Below, piece by piece: positions 29,164 through 41,200 of a stretch of 64,000 nt of DNA. This DNA is from a virus. Numbering within the stretch: position 1 is the first letter of the stretch; each line of letters starts with the position of its first letter. The stretch covers positions 1,501-65,500 of the IMG/VR virus record IMGVR_UViG_3300001485_000179; one strand, 5' to 3'. The position numbers were made by a program, and so were the translations under genes. The notes under the pieces were generated by a model, which had not been told where the DNA came from, searched no databases, and saw only the letters and a list, made by a program, of their open reading frames with translations.

Positions 29164-30552
29164 ATGGACACAACAATCGGGTCTAGACTAAAAAAAGCAG
29201 TAAATGTTTTTTTAAATAGGGACCCTACAGAATATAGAACTAATGTTATAACATATAGTAATGGAGGATATAGACCCGATAGAAGACGATTAACAAGAGG
29301 TAAAGACCGAACTATAGTAAATACTATATTTAATCGTATAGCATTGGATGTTGCTTCTGTAAATATATCACATTGTAAAACAACAGACGGTAAATTCGAA
29401 TCAGAAATTAAATCTGGTTTAAATGAATGTTTGAAACTTGATGCTAATCTGGACCAAACAAGTAGAGCCTTTATACAAGATGTTGTAGTATCAATGTTTG
29501 ATGAAGGATGTGTTGCTGTAGTTCCAGTAGATACTGATATAAATCCAAATAATTCTACATCTTTTGATATACTTAGTATGCGAACTGGAAAAATAACAGA
29601 ATGGTATCCTGATAGTGTAAAAGTTAATGTATATAATCAGAAGACTATGAAAAGAGAAAATGTTATAATATCTAAATCTAAAGTAGCTATAATCGAAAAT
29701 CCATTTTATTCAGTAATGAATGAGCCAAACTCTACGTTATCAAGATTATTGAATAAATTGGCATTACTCGATATGGTTGACGACCAAACATGTTCTGGTA
29801 AATTAGATTTAATAATTCAATTACCATATAGTGTTAAATCAGCTACAAGAAGATCTCAAGCTAATGATAGAGTAGTAGATATTGAGGATCAATTGAAAAA
29901 TTCGAAATATGGAATAGCTTATATTGATGGTACTGAAAAAGTAACACAATTGAATAGACCTCTAGAAAATAATCTAATGAAACAAGTCGAATATTGGACG
30001 AGCATGCTTTTCAGCCAGTTGAATATGACACAAGGGATATTAGACGGTACTGCAGATGAAGCTACAATGACGAATTACTATGCTAGAACCATAGAACCAA
30101 TAATTGCTGGTATAACTGATGAGATGAAACGAAAATTCTTATCTAAGACAGCAAGAACTCAAGGTCAAAGTATAGAATATTTCATTGACCCATTCAGATT
30201 AATACCGCCTAAAGATTTAGCAGAGATTGCTGATAAATTCACTAGAAATGAAATTATGACATCTAATGAATTTAGACAAATAATAGGTCGAAAACCATCC
30301 AATGATCCGAAAGCTGACCAATTGATAAACAGTAACTTAAATCACCCAGAAGAATCAAATAACACGTTACCAGATAATCAAAATGAGCCAACTAACGATC
30401 AAGAAAACGAACCAATTAATGGTCAAGAAAATGAGCCTGTATCTGGCGAAATGTCAGAAGAAGAAGCTCAAGCAATATTTGAATCACTCGATGAAAAACA
30501 ACAACAAGCTATGTATGTTATCATCGGTGAAATATTAAATGATGAAACATAG
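29164..30552 (+). CDS. Portal protein
   Basis: Position between terL and capsid; NRIALDVA, NEIMTSNEFRQIIG motifs. Confidence 0.9.
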   Translation: MDTTIGSRLKKAVNVFLNRDPTEYRTNVITYSNGGYRPDRRRLTRGKDRTIVNTIFNRIALDVASVNISHCKTTDGKFESEIKSGLNECLKLDANLDQTSRAFIQDVVVSMFDEGCVAVVPVDTDINPNNSTSFDILSMRTGKITEWYPDSVKVNVYNQKTMKRENVIISKSKVAIIENPFYSVMNEPNSTLSRLLNKLALLDMVDDQTCSGKLDLIIQLPYSVKSATRRSQANDRVVDIEDQLKNSKYGIAYIDGTEKVTQLNRPLENNLMKQVEYWTSMLFSQLNMTQGILDGTADEATMTNYYARTIEPIIAGITDEMKRKFLSKTARTQGQSIEYFIDPFRLIPPKDLAEIADKFTRNEIMTSNEFRQIIGRKPSNDPKADQLINSNLNHPEESNNTLPDNQNEPTNDQENEPINGQENEPVSGEMSEEEAQAIFESLDEKQQQAMYVIIGEILNDET

Positions 30553-30566
30553 AAAGGAGAAATAAC

Positions 30567-32465
30567 ATGAGTGAACAATATGATTTTAGTGGTTGGGCTA
30601 CAAGAAACGATATTCAATGTTCCGATGGTAGAACAATTAAAAAGAATGCGTTCAAAGATAATGATGGTCAAAAAGTACCTTTAGTATGGAACCATAATCA
30701 TGACGATGTTAACGAAGTATTAGGTCATGCTCTATTAGAAAATCGTGATGAAGGTGTATATGCATATTGCAAATTCAATACGACAGAAAATGGAGAGAAT
30801 GCCAAAAAATTAGTTGTTAATGGCGATATCGATAAATTATCTATTTATGCTAATCGACTAAAATCACAAAATAATAATGTAATACACGGATGTATTAGGG
30901 AAGTTAGCCTTGTTCTAGCTGGAGCTAATCCAGGAGCTTATATAGATACTGTTATATGCCATAACGATGAATCTGGCGAAGAAGAGGAAGAGGGAACTAT
31001 CTATACTGACTCTGTTATTAATGTTATTGATACTGATAACAATGATGAAGAAGAAACACCATCAGAAGAAGTAGCACATTCAGATGAAGGAGGTAAAAAT
31101 ATGGAAGATGAAAAAGAAACAAGCGAAAAGACTATCGAAGATGTTTTCAACACATTAACTGACGAACAAAAACAAGCTGTTTATGCAATCGTTGGTGAAG
31201 CACTAGAACATGGTGATGACGAAGAAGACAATGACGATAAAGAAGATAATGATGAAGAAGGAGAAGAAAATAGTATGAAACATAATTTATTTGAAAAAGA
31301 TAATCCAGTAGAAACAACTCTACAACATAGTGATGAAGAAAACATTATTAAATTAGCTAAAGATTGTGGAAGCTTTAAGAAAGCTTTAGAAATTTATATG
31401 AATGATAACGAAAGTTTAAAACATAGTTTTGAAGATATCACTCAACTATTCCCAGAATATAAATTATTAAATCCAGGAGCACCTGAGAAACTAGATGAAA
31501 ATTGGGAATGGGTAAATAGAGTATTATCTAGAGCTAAGAAATCACCAATTTCTCGTGTAAAAACTAGATACACAGATCTTAAAGAAGCTGATATCAGAGC
31601 TATGGGATATACAAAAGCTGAAGAAAAGAAATTAATTGGTCAATGGAAATTAAAAGGACGTTCTCATGACCCTCAAACTGTTTATGTTAAAGATAAATTA
31701 GACAGAGATGATATAATTGATATCACTGACTTTGACGTAGTTGCATATCAAAAAGGAATCATGGAAGATGCTCTTAAAAGAGAAATCGCCAGAGCTGCAT
31801 TAATCGGTGACGGTCGTGATCCTGAAGATGAAGACAAAATCAAATCAGCTCATATCCAAGATATTTGGCATGATGCAGAATTATATACAATTCACCAAGA
31901 TGTAGATGTTGACGCAGCAGCAGAAACACTTCAAGGAACTGAAACTGGAGCTCATTTCGGTGAAAACTATATTTATGCAGAAGCTATCATTCAATCAGCA
32001 TTATATGCTCGTGAAAAATATAAAGGTAGCGGTTCTTTAGATTTCTATTGTACACCACATTTATTAAATGTAATGTTACTAGCTAGAGATTTAAATGGTC
32101 GTAGAATTTATAACTCTAAGAATGATTTAGCACAAGCACTAAATGTTAATGATATTTATACAATTGAACAATTCGAAAATAAGACACGTTCTTATGAAGA
32201 TGCTACAACTCATGAAACAGTTACTAAGAAACTATTAGGTTTATTTGTAAATATGTCTGATTATCAATTTGGTTCAACTAAAGGTGGAGAAATCACAAGT
32301 TTCGAAGATTTTGATATTGACTTCAACCAATATAAATATTTAATGGAAACTCGTTTATCAGGAGCTTTAATTAGACCATTCTCAGCTATCGCTCTTGAAC
32401 AACCAGTAACAACTAACGCAGATAACACTGACGCAGATAACACTGACGAACAACCAGCTGGGTAG
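30567..32465 (+). CDS. Prohead protease / scaffold / major capsid fusion (HK97-type)
   Basis: FSGWAT, VPLVWNH, LSIYA, EVSLV..GANP (protease); acidic linker; capsid C-terminus DIDFNQYKYLMETRLSG. Confidence 0.9.
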   Translation: MSEQYDFSGWATRNDIQCSDGRTIKKNAFKDNDGQKVPLVWNHNHDDVNEVLGHALLENRDEGVYAYCKFNTTENGENAKKLVVNGDIDKLSIYANRLKSQNNNVIHGCIREVSLVLAGANPGAYIDTVICHNDESGEEEEEGTIYTDSVINVIDTDNNDEEETPSEEVAHSDEGGKNMEDEKETSEKTIEDVFNTLTDEQKQAVYAIVGEALEHGDDEEDNDDKEDNDEEGEENSMKHNLFEKDNPVETTLQHSDEENIIKLAKDCGSFKKALEIYMNDNESLKHSFEDITQLFPEYKLLNPGAPEKLDENWEWVNRVLSRAKKSPISRVKTRYTDLKEADIRAMGYTKAEEKKLIGQWKLKGRSHDPQTVYVKDKLDRDDIIDITDFDVVAYQKGIMEDALKREIARAALIGDGRDPEDEDKIKSAHIQDIWHDAELYTIHQDVDVDAAAETLQGTETGAHFGENYIYAEAIIQSALYAREKYKGSGSLDFYCTPHLLNVMLLARDLNGRRIYNSKNDLAQALNVNDIYTIEQFENKTRSYEDATTHETVTKKLLGLFVNMSDYQFGSTKGGEITSFEDFDIDFNQYKYLMETRLSGALIRPFSAIALEQPVTTNADNTDADNTDEQPAG

Positions 32466-32490
32466 AATAAATTAAAAGGAGAAATTCAAA

Positions 32491-32805
32491 ATGGCTAAAT
32501 ATTATGGGAAAATAGGCTTTCTTGATACATATCAACAATCGCCTGGTGTATGGACAGAGCATATCGTTGAAAAACCATATTATGGCGAATTAACAAGAGA
32601 TACTAAACGTTACCAACATTCTGAATCAACTAATGATAATATAATGATTTCTAACGTTTTAAGTATAATAGCCGATCCATATGCCAATCAAAATTTCCAA
32701 AAAATTTATTATGTAACTTTTATGGGAGCTAAATGGAAAGTAGAATCTGCTGAAGTTCAGTTCCCTAGAATTACATTAATTTTAGGAGGCTTGTATAATG
32801 AATAG
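32491..32805 (+). CDS. Head closure (stopper) protein
   Basis: Position after capsid; PGVWTE, ISIIADP-like, KWKV..PRI. Confidence 0.65.
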   Translation: MAKYYGKIGFLDTYQQSPGVWTEHIVEKPYYGELTRDTKRYQHSESTNDNIMISNVLSIIADPYANQNFQKIYYVTFMGAKWKVESAEVQFPRITLILGGLYNE

Positions 32806-33103
32806 AAGAGAAGAACTACAAAGTTTGCTAGAAGAGCTTTTAGGAAATAAAAATGTTTATTATCAAGCTCCTGAAAATTTAAAAATAGAATATCCATGTA
32901 TAAGATATAGTACTGATGATATAGAATTAATGTTTGCTGATAATAAAAACTATAATAAACGTAAACGATACGAATTAATTATAATTGATAAATTACCAGA
33001 TAATGAAGTTATTAATAAAATATTAGATTTACCATTATCGTCATATGATCGTCATTATACATCGAATAATCTAAATCATGATGTAATAACATTATATTAT
33101 TAA
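32798..33103 (+). CDS. Tail terminator protein
   Basis: NVYYQAP..YPCIRY; precedes major tail protein. Confidence 0.7.
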   Translation: MNRREELQSLLEELLGNKNVYYQAPENLKIEYPCIRYSTDDIELMFADNKNYNKRKRYELIIIDKLPDNEVINKILDLPLSSYDRHYTSNNLNHDVITLYY

Positions 33104-33118
33104 GGAGGAATTTAAACT

Positions 33119-33805
33119 ATGGGAAAACTTGTATGGGATCAAACAGGTGAAAAATTTTATGAAACAGGTGTGCAAGATGGAGTTCTTTATCCATATAATA
33201 ATAACGCATACCAAACAGGTGTAGCTTGGAATGGTTTAACTAACGTAAGCCAATCACCAGAAGGTGCTGAAGCTACTAAATTATGGGCTGATAATAGAGA
33301 ATATTTAAACTTATTATCAAATGAAACATTTAAAGCAACAATCGAAGCTTATATGTATCCAGATGAATTCAAAGCTTGTAATGGTGAAAAGACTATCGCT
33401 ACAGGTGTAACAATTGGTCAACAAGCTCGTATGCCATTCGGATTTAGTTACAAAACTAAAGTTGGTAGTGATGCTGATCCAGAAGCAGGATATAAAATCC
33501 ATATTGTATATGGTTGCCAAGCAGCACCAAGTGAAAAATCTTATGCTACTGTAAATGATAGTCCAGAAGCTATGACATTATCTTGGGAAATTAATACTAC
33601 ACCAGTAAATGTAACAGGTTCTAAACCAACTGCATATCTAGAAATTGACTCTAGAGATTTCAATACTTCAGCTTTAAAAGAAAAATTAACAGCTTTAGAA
33701 AATATTTTATATGGAACAAATGCTAGTGGTGATGACCAAGCAACAGATCCAAGATTACCATTACCTGATGAAATAGCTACATTAATTGGCGTTACTCAAG
33801 GTTAA
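33119..33805 (+). CDS. Major tail protein
   Basis: LVWDQTGE..YETGV, AWNGLT, GYKIHIVY, PRLPLPDE. Confidence 0.9.
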   Translation: MGKLVWDQTGEKFYETGVQDGVLYPYNNNAYQTGVAWNGLTNVSQSPEGAEATKLWADNREYLNLLSNETFKATIEAYMYPDEFKACNGEKTIATGVTIGQQARMPFGFSYKTKVGSDADPEAGYKIHIVYGCQAAPSEKSYATVNDSPEAMTLSWEINTTPVNVTGSKPTAYLEIDSRDFNTSALKEKLTALENILYGTNASGDDQATDPRLPLPDEIATLIGVTQG

Positions 33806-33831
33806 TTTTTAAATAGGAGAGGAGAATAAAT

Positions 33832-34278
33832 ATGTTAAAAAAAACAATTAAATACGAAGATTACAATGGAGTTGAAAGAAACGAGGATTTCTATTTCAAT
33901 CTAACACAAGCAGAGTTATACCAAATGGAATTAGGTGTTGATGGTGGACTTGAAGAATATATTATGAAAATAATAAAAGCTCAAGACCTTAAAACTATTA
34001 TTAATTTATTTAAAAAAATAATACTAGAATCATATGGTGAAAAGACAGATGATGGAAGACGCTTTGTTAAAGTTGATGATAATGGAATAAATTTAGCTAA
34101 TAGATTTGCTCAAACTGAAGCATTTTCACAATTATATATGGAATTAGCAACAAGCGATACAGCAGCTGCGGACTTTATTAAAGGTATAATGCCTAAAGGT
34201 ATAGACGTTTCAGATGCTAAATTAAATGAAACAGCAAAAGAATTAGGAATTGAAGTTCCTAAATTAAATGAAAAATAA
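33832..34278 (+). CDS. Tail assembly chaperone
   Basis: Position; YEDYNG..EDFYFNL, AFSQLYMEL. Confidence 0.7.
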   Translation: MLKKTIKYEDYNGVERNEDFYFNLTQAELYQMELGVDGGLEEYIMKIIKAQDLKTIINLFKKIILESYGEKTDDGRRFVKVDDNGINLANRFAQTEAFSQLYMELATSDTAAADFIKGIMPKGIDVSDAKLNETAKELGIEVPKLNEK

Positions 34279-34300
34279 AATATAAAAAGGAGATGAGAGA

Positions 34301-34843
34301 ATGCTTAAGTTGAAAATTTCAGAAAAAGAATTATGGGATGAAAGTAAACAAGAATTTATACAAGTTCCAGCATGTGAGATTCAATTAGAGCATTCTCTAG
34401 TGTCTCTATCAAAATGGGAATCAAAATGGCATAAATCTTTTATAAAGGAAAAAATAAGCGGTTCTACTGAAGAAGGTTTAGACTATATAAGATGTATGAC
34501 AATAACACAAAATGTTAATCCAAATGTATATAAGTACTTAACAGCAGAAGAAATAGAAACAATTTCCAATTATATAAACGATCCAATGACAGCTACGACA
34601 TTCACAGAAAACAGTACAAGTAAATCAAATGAGTCTATTACAAGTGAACTTATCTATTATTGGATGATTGCGTATAACATACCATCAGAATATCAAAAAT
34701 GGCATTTAAATAGATTGATAACTTTAATAAGAATCTGTCAAATTAAGAATTCACCTTCTAAGAAAATGAGTAGAAATGATGTAATTAATAGATATGCTGC
34801 ATTAAATGCTGCTAGAAGAAAACAATTACATTCAAGAGGATAG
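34301..34843 (+). CDS. Second tail assembly chaperone-like protein
   Basis: LEHSLVSLSKWESKWHK, WHLNRL; has its own RBS. Confidence 0.65.
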   Translation: MLKLKISEKELWDESKQEFIQVPACEIQLEHSLVSLSKWESKWHKSFIKEKISGSTEEGLDYIRCMTITQNVNPNVYKYLTAEEIETISNYINDPMTATTFTENSTSKSNESITSELIYYWMIAYNIPSEYQKWHLNRLITLIRICQIKNSPSKKMSRNDVINRYAALNAARRKQLHSRG

Positions 34844-34845
34844 TT

Positions 34846-35232
34846 ATGATACAATTTAAACAAAAAGGCGATTTCGGAAAATTAGACAACTTTTTTAGGA
34901 AAGCTACTAATGTTATTAATATGCGAACTATAAAACAATATTGTGATGAAGGTATAAAACGATTGGAAAAAGCAACACCAAAAGATACAGGATTAACTTC
35001 TGAATCATGGTCTTATGACATAAAAAACCAAAACGGTTTGATAACAATATCCTTTTTAAATTCTAATATAAATAAAGGTGTCCCAATAGCTATAATATTA
35101 CAATATGGACATGCGACTAGAAATGGCGGTTGGGTAGAAGGTATTGATTATATAAACCCGGCTATTAAACCAATTTTCGAGAAAATAGCGGACGATTCGT
35201 GGGATTATATAATTAATACAAAAAGACAATAA
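34846..35232 (+). CDS. HK97-gp10-like tail completion protein
   Basis: ATPKDTG, LQYGH, YINPA. Confidence 0.7.
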   Translation: MIQFKQKGDFGKLDNFFRKATNVINMRTIKQYCDEGIKRLEKATPKDTGLTSESWSYDIKNQNGLITISFLNSNINKGVPIAIILQYGHATRNGGWVEGIDYINPAIKPIFEKIADDSWDYIINTKRQ

Positions 35233-35250
35233 AATAAAGGAGAGATTTAT

Positions 35251-38200
35251 ATGAGCAAAACAGTCGACAAAAAAGTCGTCGAGATGAGTTTCGATAACCG
35301 AAACTTTGAAAGAAATGTTAAAACATCATTATCTACTATAGATAAATTGAAATCTAGTTTAAATTTCTCAGGAATGACAAAAGGACTTGATGAGTTATCA
35401 GCATCTGCAAACCGTGTAAGTTTTAATCCATTAACAAAAGGAATAGAACAAGTTGGATTACAATTTAATGCTTTGTATTCTATAGCAGACCAGTCTATGA
35501 GACGAATAACTAATTCTGTTATGGATTTTGGATTAAATTTAGGAAGAAAATTAATAATAGACCCTAAAAAATCTGGATTTGAAGAATATGAACTCAAAAT
35601 GGGCTCAATTCAAACAATTATGGCCAGTACAGGTGAGAGTCTAGAAAAAGTTAATGAATATTTAGAGGAATTAAACGAATATTCTGATAAGACAATATAT
35701 TCTTTTCAAGATATGACATCTAATATCGGTAAATTTACTAATGCTGGAGTTGACCTTAAAGATGCAGTTGATGCTATAAAAGGAGTTAGTAACGAAGCCG
35801 CTTTAGCCGGTGCAAATGCAAATGAGGCATCGCATGCTATGTATAATTTTGCACAAGCCTTATCTTCTGGCTATGTAAAATTAACTGATTGGAAATCTAT
35901 AGAAATAGCAAATATGGCAACTAAAGATTTCAAAAATGAATTAATACAAACCGCTGTCGAGGTTGGTACTCTTACCGATATCGGCGACAATATGTATAAA
36001 ACTTTAGAAGGAAAAACATTAAACGCAGTACGTGGTTTTAATGAAAGTCTCCAAGATCAATGGTTAACAACAGCTGTTTTGACAGGTACATTAAAAAAAT
36101 ATTCTTCAGAAGAAACAATACTTGGTCAAAAAGCTATAGCAGCAGCCCAAGATGTTAAAACTTTTTCAATGTTAATTGATACTCTAACAGAAGCAGTTCA
36201 ATCTGGTTGGGCTCAATCTTTTCAAATAATATTTGGAGATTTTAACCAAGCTAAAAAATTATGGACCGGAGCTAGCAATGCATTAGGAGCTGTAATAGAT
36301 GGTGTTGCTACTATAAGAAATAAATACTTAAATAGTTTCTTAGGTAAAACATTTACTAAAACTTTTGATGCTATGTCAGAAGCGTTTTCTTCTGTAAAAG
36401 AATCAACAGATGGATTAAAAGATGCTGTTAAAACGGTAGCTGATTATGCTAATGTCGTAGATGAAATTATTAATGGCATATGGGGTAATGGACAAGCCAG
36501 ATGGGATAAATTGTCTGAAGCTGGATATGATTGGGCTCATGCTCAAAATCTAGTTAACGAACGACTTGGGGTTAGTTTACGAAGGGAAACTAGTTATGTA
36601 GAATCTACTAATTCTGTAGCAGAAGCAACTGGAAAGCTAGATGAGGCTACTAAAGATTGGATTTCTAATATGGCTGAGGTCATTAAGAAACGAGATGAAG
36701 GACAAGAATTAAATGAATCAGAACTTATATTCTTAGAAGAGTATAATCAATTATCTGAAAAACAAAAAGAAGCCATTAATCAAATTGTAAGATTATCAAA
36801 AAGATTAGCTATGCCTGTTAAAGAATTACTTCATAACATGGACGATATAAATGGTCGTTGGTTATTAATGGAGTCTTTTGGTAATATTGGAAAAACTATT
36901 ATAACAATATTTCATGCAATAGGAAAAGCATGGGTTGAAGTATTTCCTCCAAAAGATGCTGGAGCAGCACTATTCAATTTAACCACTGGTTTTTATAGAT
37001 TAACTAGAATCATAAGAGATTATTTAGGTGAAATAAATGATCATGACGGTGTTGTATCTAATGCCGAAAATCTAGTAAAGATATTTAAAGGTTTATTTGG
37101 TGTAATAGGAGTTGTTTCTGACTCCATAAAAGGAGTATTAACAATAGCCCTACAAAGTCTTGGAAAAATCTTAGGTTTAGTAATAGATCCAAGTGCTACA
37201 TTCCTAGACATATTAGGAAGTTGGGGAAATGTACTATATGAAGCTACAAGTGCTGCTAGGAAATGGATAAAAGAAAATGTAACATTTAAAAAAGTTACAG
37301 ATACTATTATACCAGCTATTATAAATTTGGTTAAGAAAACAAAAGAATTTATAACTACTAACGAAACTGTTCAAAAAGTTTTAGAAATTATAAAGAGATT
37401 ATTTGATGATTTAAAAACAAGTCTTGTTGACTTTGCAAAGCAACTTATTAGTTCAGATAGTATAATAAGAAAAGTATTTGGTAACTTATTTACCAGATTA
37501 AATACCTGGATGAACGGTATGAAAAACGTAGACAATATACCTATGTATATTATAACTGGTTTACTAAAAGGAATAACACAAGAAGGTTCCAAAGTAATAG
37601 ATTACATGATAAATCTAGGTACTAATATGATAATGTCATTCCGAAAAATACTACATATAGAATCTCCATCTAAAGAATTCTTTAAGATTGGTAAATTTAT
37701 AATGTTAGGTTTAATATTAGGTATTGCTTCACAAGCTGGACCATTAAAGAATCTTGAAGGTGATGTATTAGGTGGAATATTAAATTTTGGAACATCTATA
37801 AAAGATTCTATAACAGGTGGTTTTAAAGGTATAGCAGATACATTAAGTGGCATAGACTATAGTAAAATGTTTGCTGTAGGACTTGCTGGCGGAATGATGT
37901 ATTTAACTAAACAAATAAATGATACTGTTAATAATGTTATAAAATTAGCTGAAGGTGTAATATCACCACTAAAATCATTCTCTAAAATGTTAGATAGTGT
38001 ATCAGCATCTGTTAAAACATTAACTGCCGATATAGGAGCAGCTAAAAAAATGGATGCTAAAACATCATTGATAAAAGGAATTGCTTTAAGTATGTTAATG
38101 ATAGCTGGAGCAATGTATATAATATCAAAGATTGAACCAGATAGATTATTATCAGCTGCTACGGTATGTGGTATAATGATTGTTGTATTAACAGCTTTAT

Positions 38201-41200
38201 ATGCTTTAATTGATAAACTATCTGGAGCAGGCGGTGGCATAAGCGGAAGCGTGGACGCAAATGCTAAAAAAGCTACTTTAAACATAGGACCTATTATAGG
38301 AATGTCTATAGCATTATTAGCGATGGCTATTGCATTGAAAAAGTTATCTGTAATAGATTCTTATTCATTACTTAACGCCATCTGGTCATTAATTGTAGTA
38401 ATAGGTGCAATGTCTGTATTGTTAGCTGCTATAGGTGGTTTGTCTAAATGGTTAAAAATAAGTGGTGAAGAATTATCTAGTGTATCTAAATCATTAAAGA
38501 AAGTAGCATCTTCTTTATTATTGATGTTAATAGTTGTTAAATTAGCTTCTAAAATATCCATAGAAGAAGTTAAACAAGCAATGTATTCAATAGGATTAAT
38601 AACAGCTATGTTTGCAGCATTTATATTATTCACTAAAACAGCTGGTAATAATGCTGATAAAGCGGCTTGGTTATTAGGTTCTTTATCTTTGTCATTATTA
38701 CTTATGGTCGGTGTTATAAAAGTAGCATCCATGCTCGATAAAAAATCTATCACAAGAGGAATGGGTGTAGTTGCTGGTGTAACTGCTATAATGGGAATAT
38801 TAATAGCATTCTCTGCAAAATCAGGAGAGCATGCCGCTAAAGCAGCTGCATTAGTTGGATCATTTAGTTTGGCAATGTTTGGTTTAGTTATATCTATGAA
38901 AATATTATCTACCATCCCATCATCAGGTATTAAGAAAAGCCGAGATGTAATAGTTGGAATTGGTATAATATTTGGATTATTAATAGGTATGTCGCATTTT
39001 TCAGGTGAAAACGCTACTAAGGCAGGAGTTATGTTATTAATGGTTGCTGGAGCTTTAGCTATGTTAACAGCTGTTATATACATACTTTCAACAATGAGTG
39101 TTGAATCACTAGCTAAAGGAACTGCTGTAATAACTATTATAGGTATTATGTTTGCTGGACTTATAAAATCCACTGAAAAATCAAAAGATGCCGCTAAAAC
39201 TATAACTGGATTATTAATAGCTATGGGTATATTATTAGGTTTTGTAATAGCACTAAGTACAGTAGACCCGATGTCTTTATTATCAGCTACTTCAGCAATA
39301 GCTGCTATAATGTTATCATTAGCTGCATTACTAAAATCAGTTGATAAAATAGATAAAGGATCTATAAAATCATTAGCTATAGTATCTGGTATATTATTAA
39401 CTACTTTGGGTATTATGGCTTTTATAATTATGCAATTAGCTAAGTTAGACCCGGAAAGAGCGTTAGCTTCTGCTGGAGCATTATCTATGCTATTAGTAAC
39501 TTTATCCGGAGCATTAGCTACCGTAGCATTAGTTTCTAAAGTAGGAACAAAGAATGCAGCAACAGGTGTAGCATTACTTACGATAATGTCAGCTACAATA
39601 TTACCTATATTAACATTATTATTATCACAACTTGTTAAATTAGATCCTGAAAAGTCTATGAAAATGGTACAATCATTATCACTAATGTTATTAAGTATGA
39701 CTGCTGTATTAGGTGCTTTAACATTAATAGGATTAGGTGGACCGGCAGCTACGACTGGGATAAAAGCATTATTAGTTTTAATCGCAGCATTCGGCATATT
39801 ATTAGTAGCTTTTGGTGTAATAAATAAAAGATGGAAAGAAGCTTCTAAATTCTTAGAATCAGGGATACCTATGTTGACTGCTATAGGAAATGCCATAGGT
39901 TCATTTGTAGGTTCGATAATAAAAGGATTCAGTAATCAAACAATAGCTTTATTGCCAAAATTAGGAAAATCATTATCATCATTTATGAAAGAAGCATCGT
40001 CATTCTTTGAAGGTTCTGGAAAGATACCAAAAGACTTAGCTATTAGATTAGGCAGTCTATCCGCTGGAGTAATAGCATTAACAGTTGCCGAGTTTGTATC
40101 TTCTATGGGTAGTATATTATCTTTAAGATTTAGTTTAGCCGTATTCGGAAAAGAATTATCTTCTTTCATGACTAATCTAGATCCTTTCTTAAAAGGTGCT
40201 GCTAATATAAAACCAGGAGTATCAAAATCTATAAAAGCCCTTTCTGAGGGAATATTAGCATTAACAACTGCCAAATTTTTAGATAATATACCAATATTAG
40301 GACGTTCATCTATTGCTAAATTTGGAGAACATATATCTGAATTAGGTGATGGTTTAACTAAATTTAGTAAAAGTGTTTCTAGTATATCAAATATAAAAAC
40401 AGTAAAAGCAGGAGCACAAGCTTTAAAATATATAGCTGATGCAGCTGCCGAAATACCTAATTCAAAAGGTATGATATCATGGTTTACTGGTGATAATGAT
40501 GCTAGGACATTCGCCGCTGGCTTAGGTTCTATAGCATCTGGTATAGTAGGTTTCTGGGATAACCTAAATCAAGCTGGATTTACAGAAGATAGTTATAAAT
40601 TAGTAAAAGCTGGAGCTAAATCTATAAAACAATTAGCATTAGTATCTGCTGAAGTTCCTAATAGCGGAGGATTATTAGCTGGAATTGTTGGTGATAATAA
40701 ATTATCACTATTCTCAGAAGGATTCATTAAAATCGCCAGAGGTATATCAGGATTTGTTACTATATTTAATAAAAATGGTACCACTGCAGAAAGTTTAAAT
40801 ATAGTTGGACCAGCGTGTACTGCAATAAAACAATTAGCAAATGTATCCAAAGAAGTACCTAATGCTGGCGGATTATTGTCTGGAATTGTCGGTGATAATG
40901 ATTTATCTGCTTTTGCAGAAAATTTACCTGAATTAGCATCTGGACTTACTGGTTTTATCCAAGGATTGAATGATGAAGGTTTAGATAATACTAGTATGCC
41001 TATAGTTACGAATTTAATTAAAGGTATGTCAAGTTTATTAAAAACATTAAAAGGTGCTGGTCTTAAAGATACAGTATCTATGGCTGAACAATTGAAAAAA
41101 ATGTCATCAGCTATTTCTGATTTTATGTCTAATATAGCAACTATTCCGGATGATACACTTACTAAATCTATTGATAAAATCGGACAAGTCATAAATTTTG

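Noticed and set aside
34255-34301. Programmed frameshift joining the two tail chaperones
   Set aside because: The downstream frame has TAA at 34283-34285 and the second gene has its own RBS
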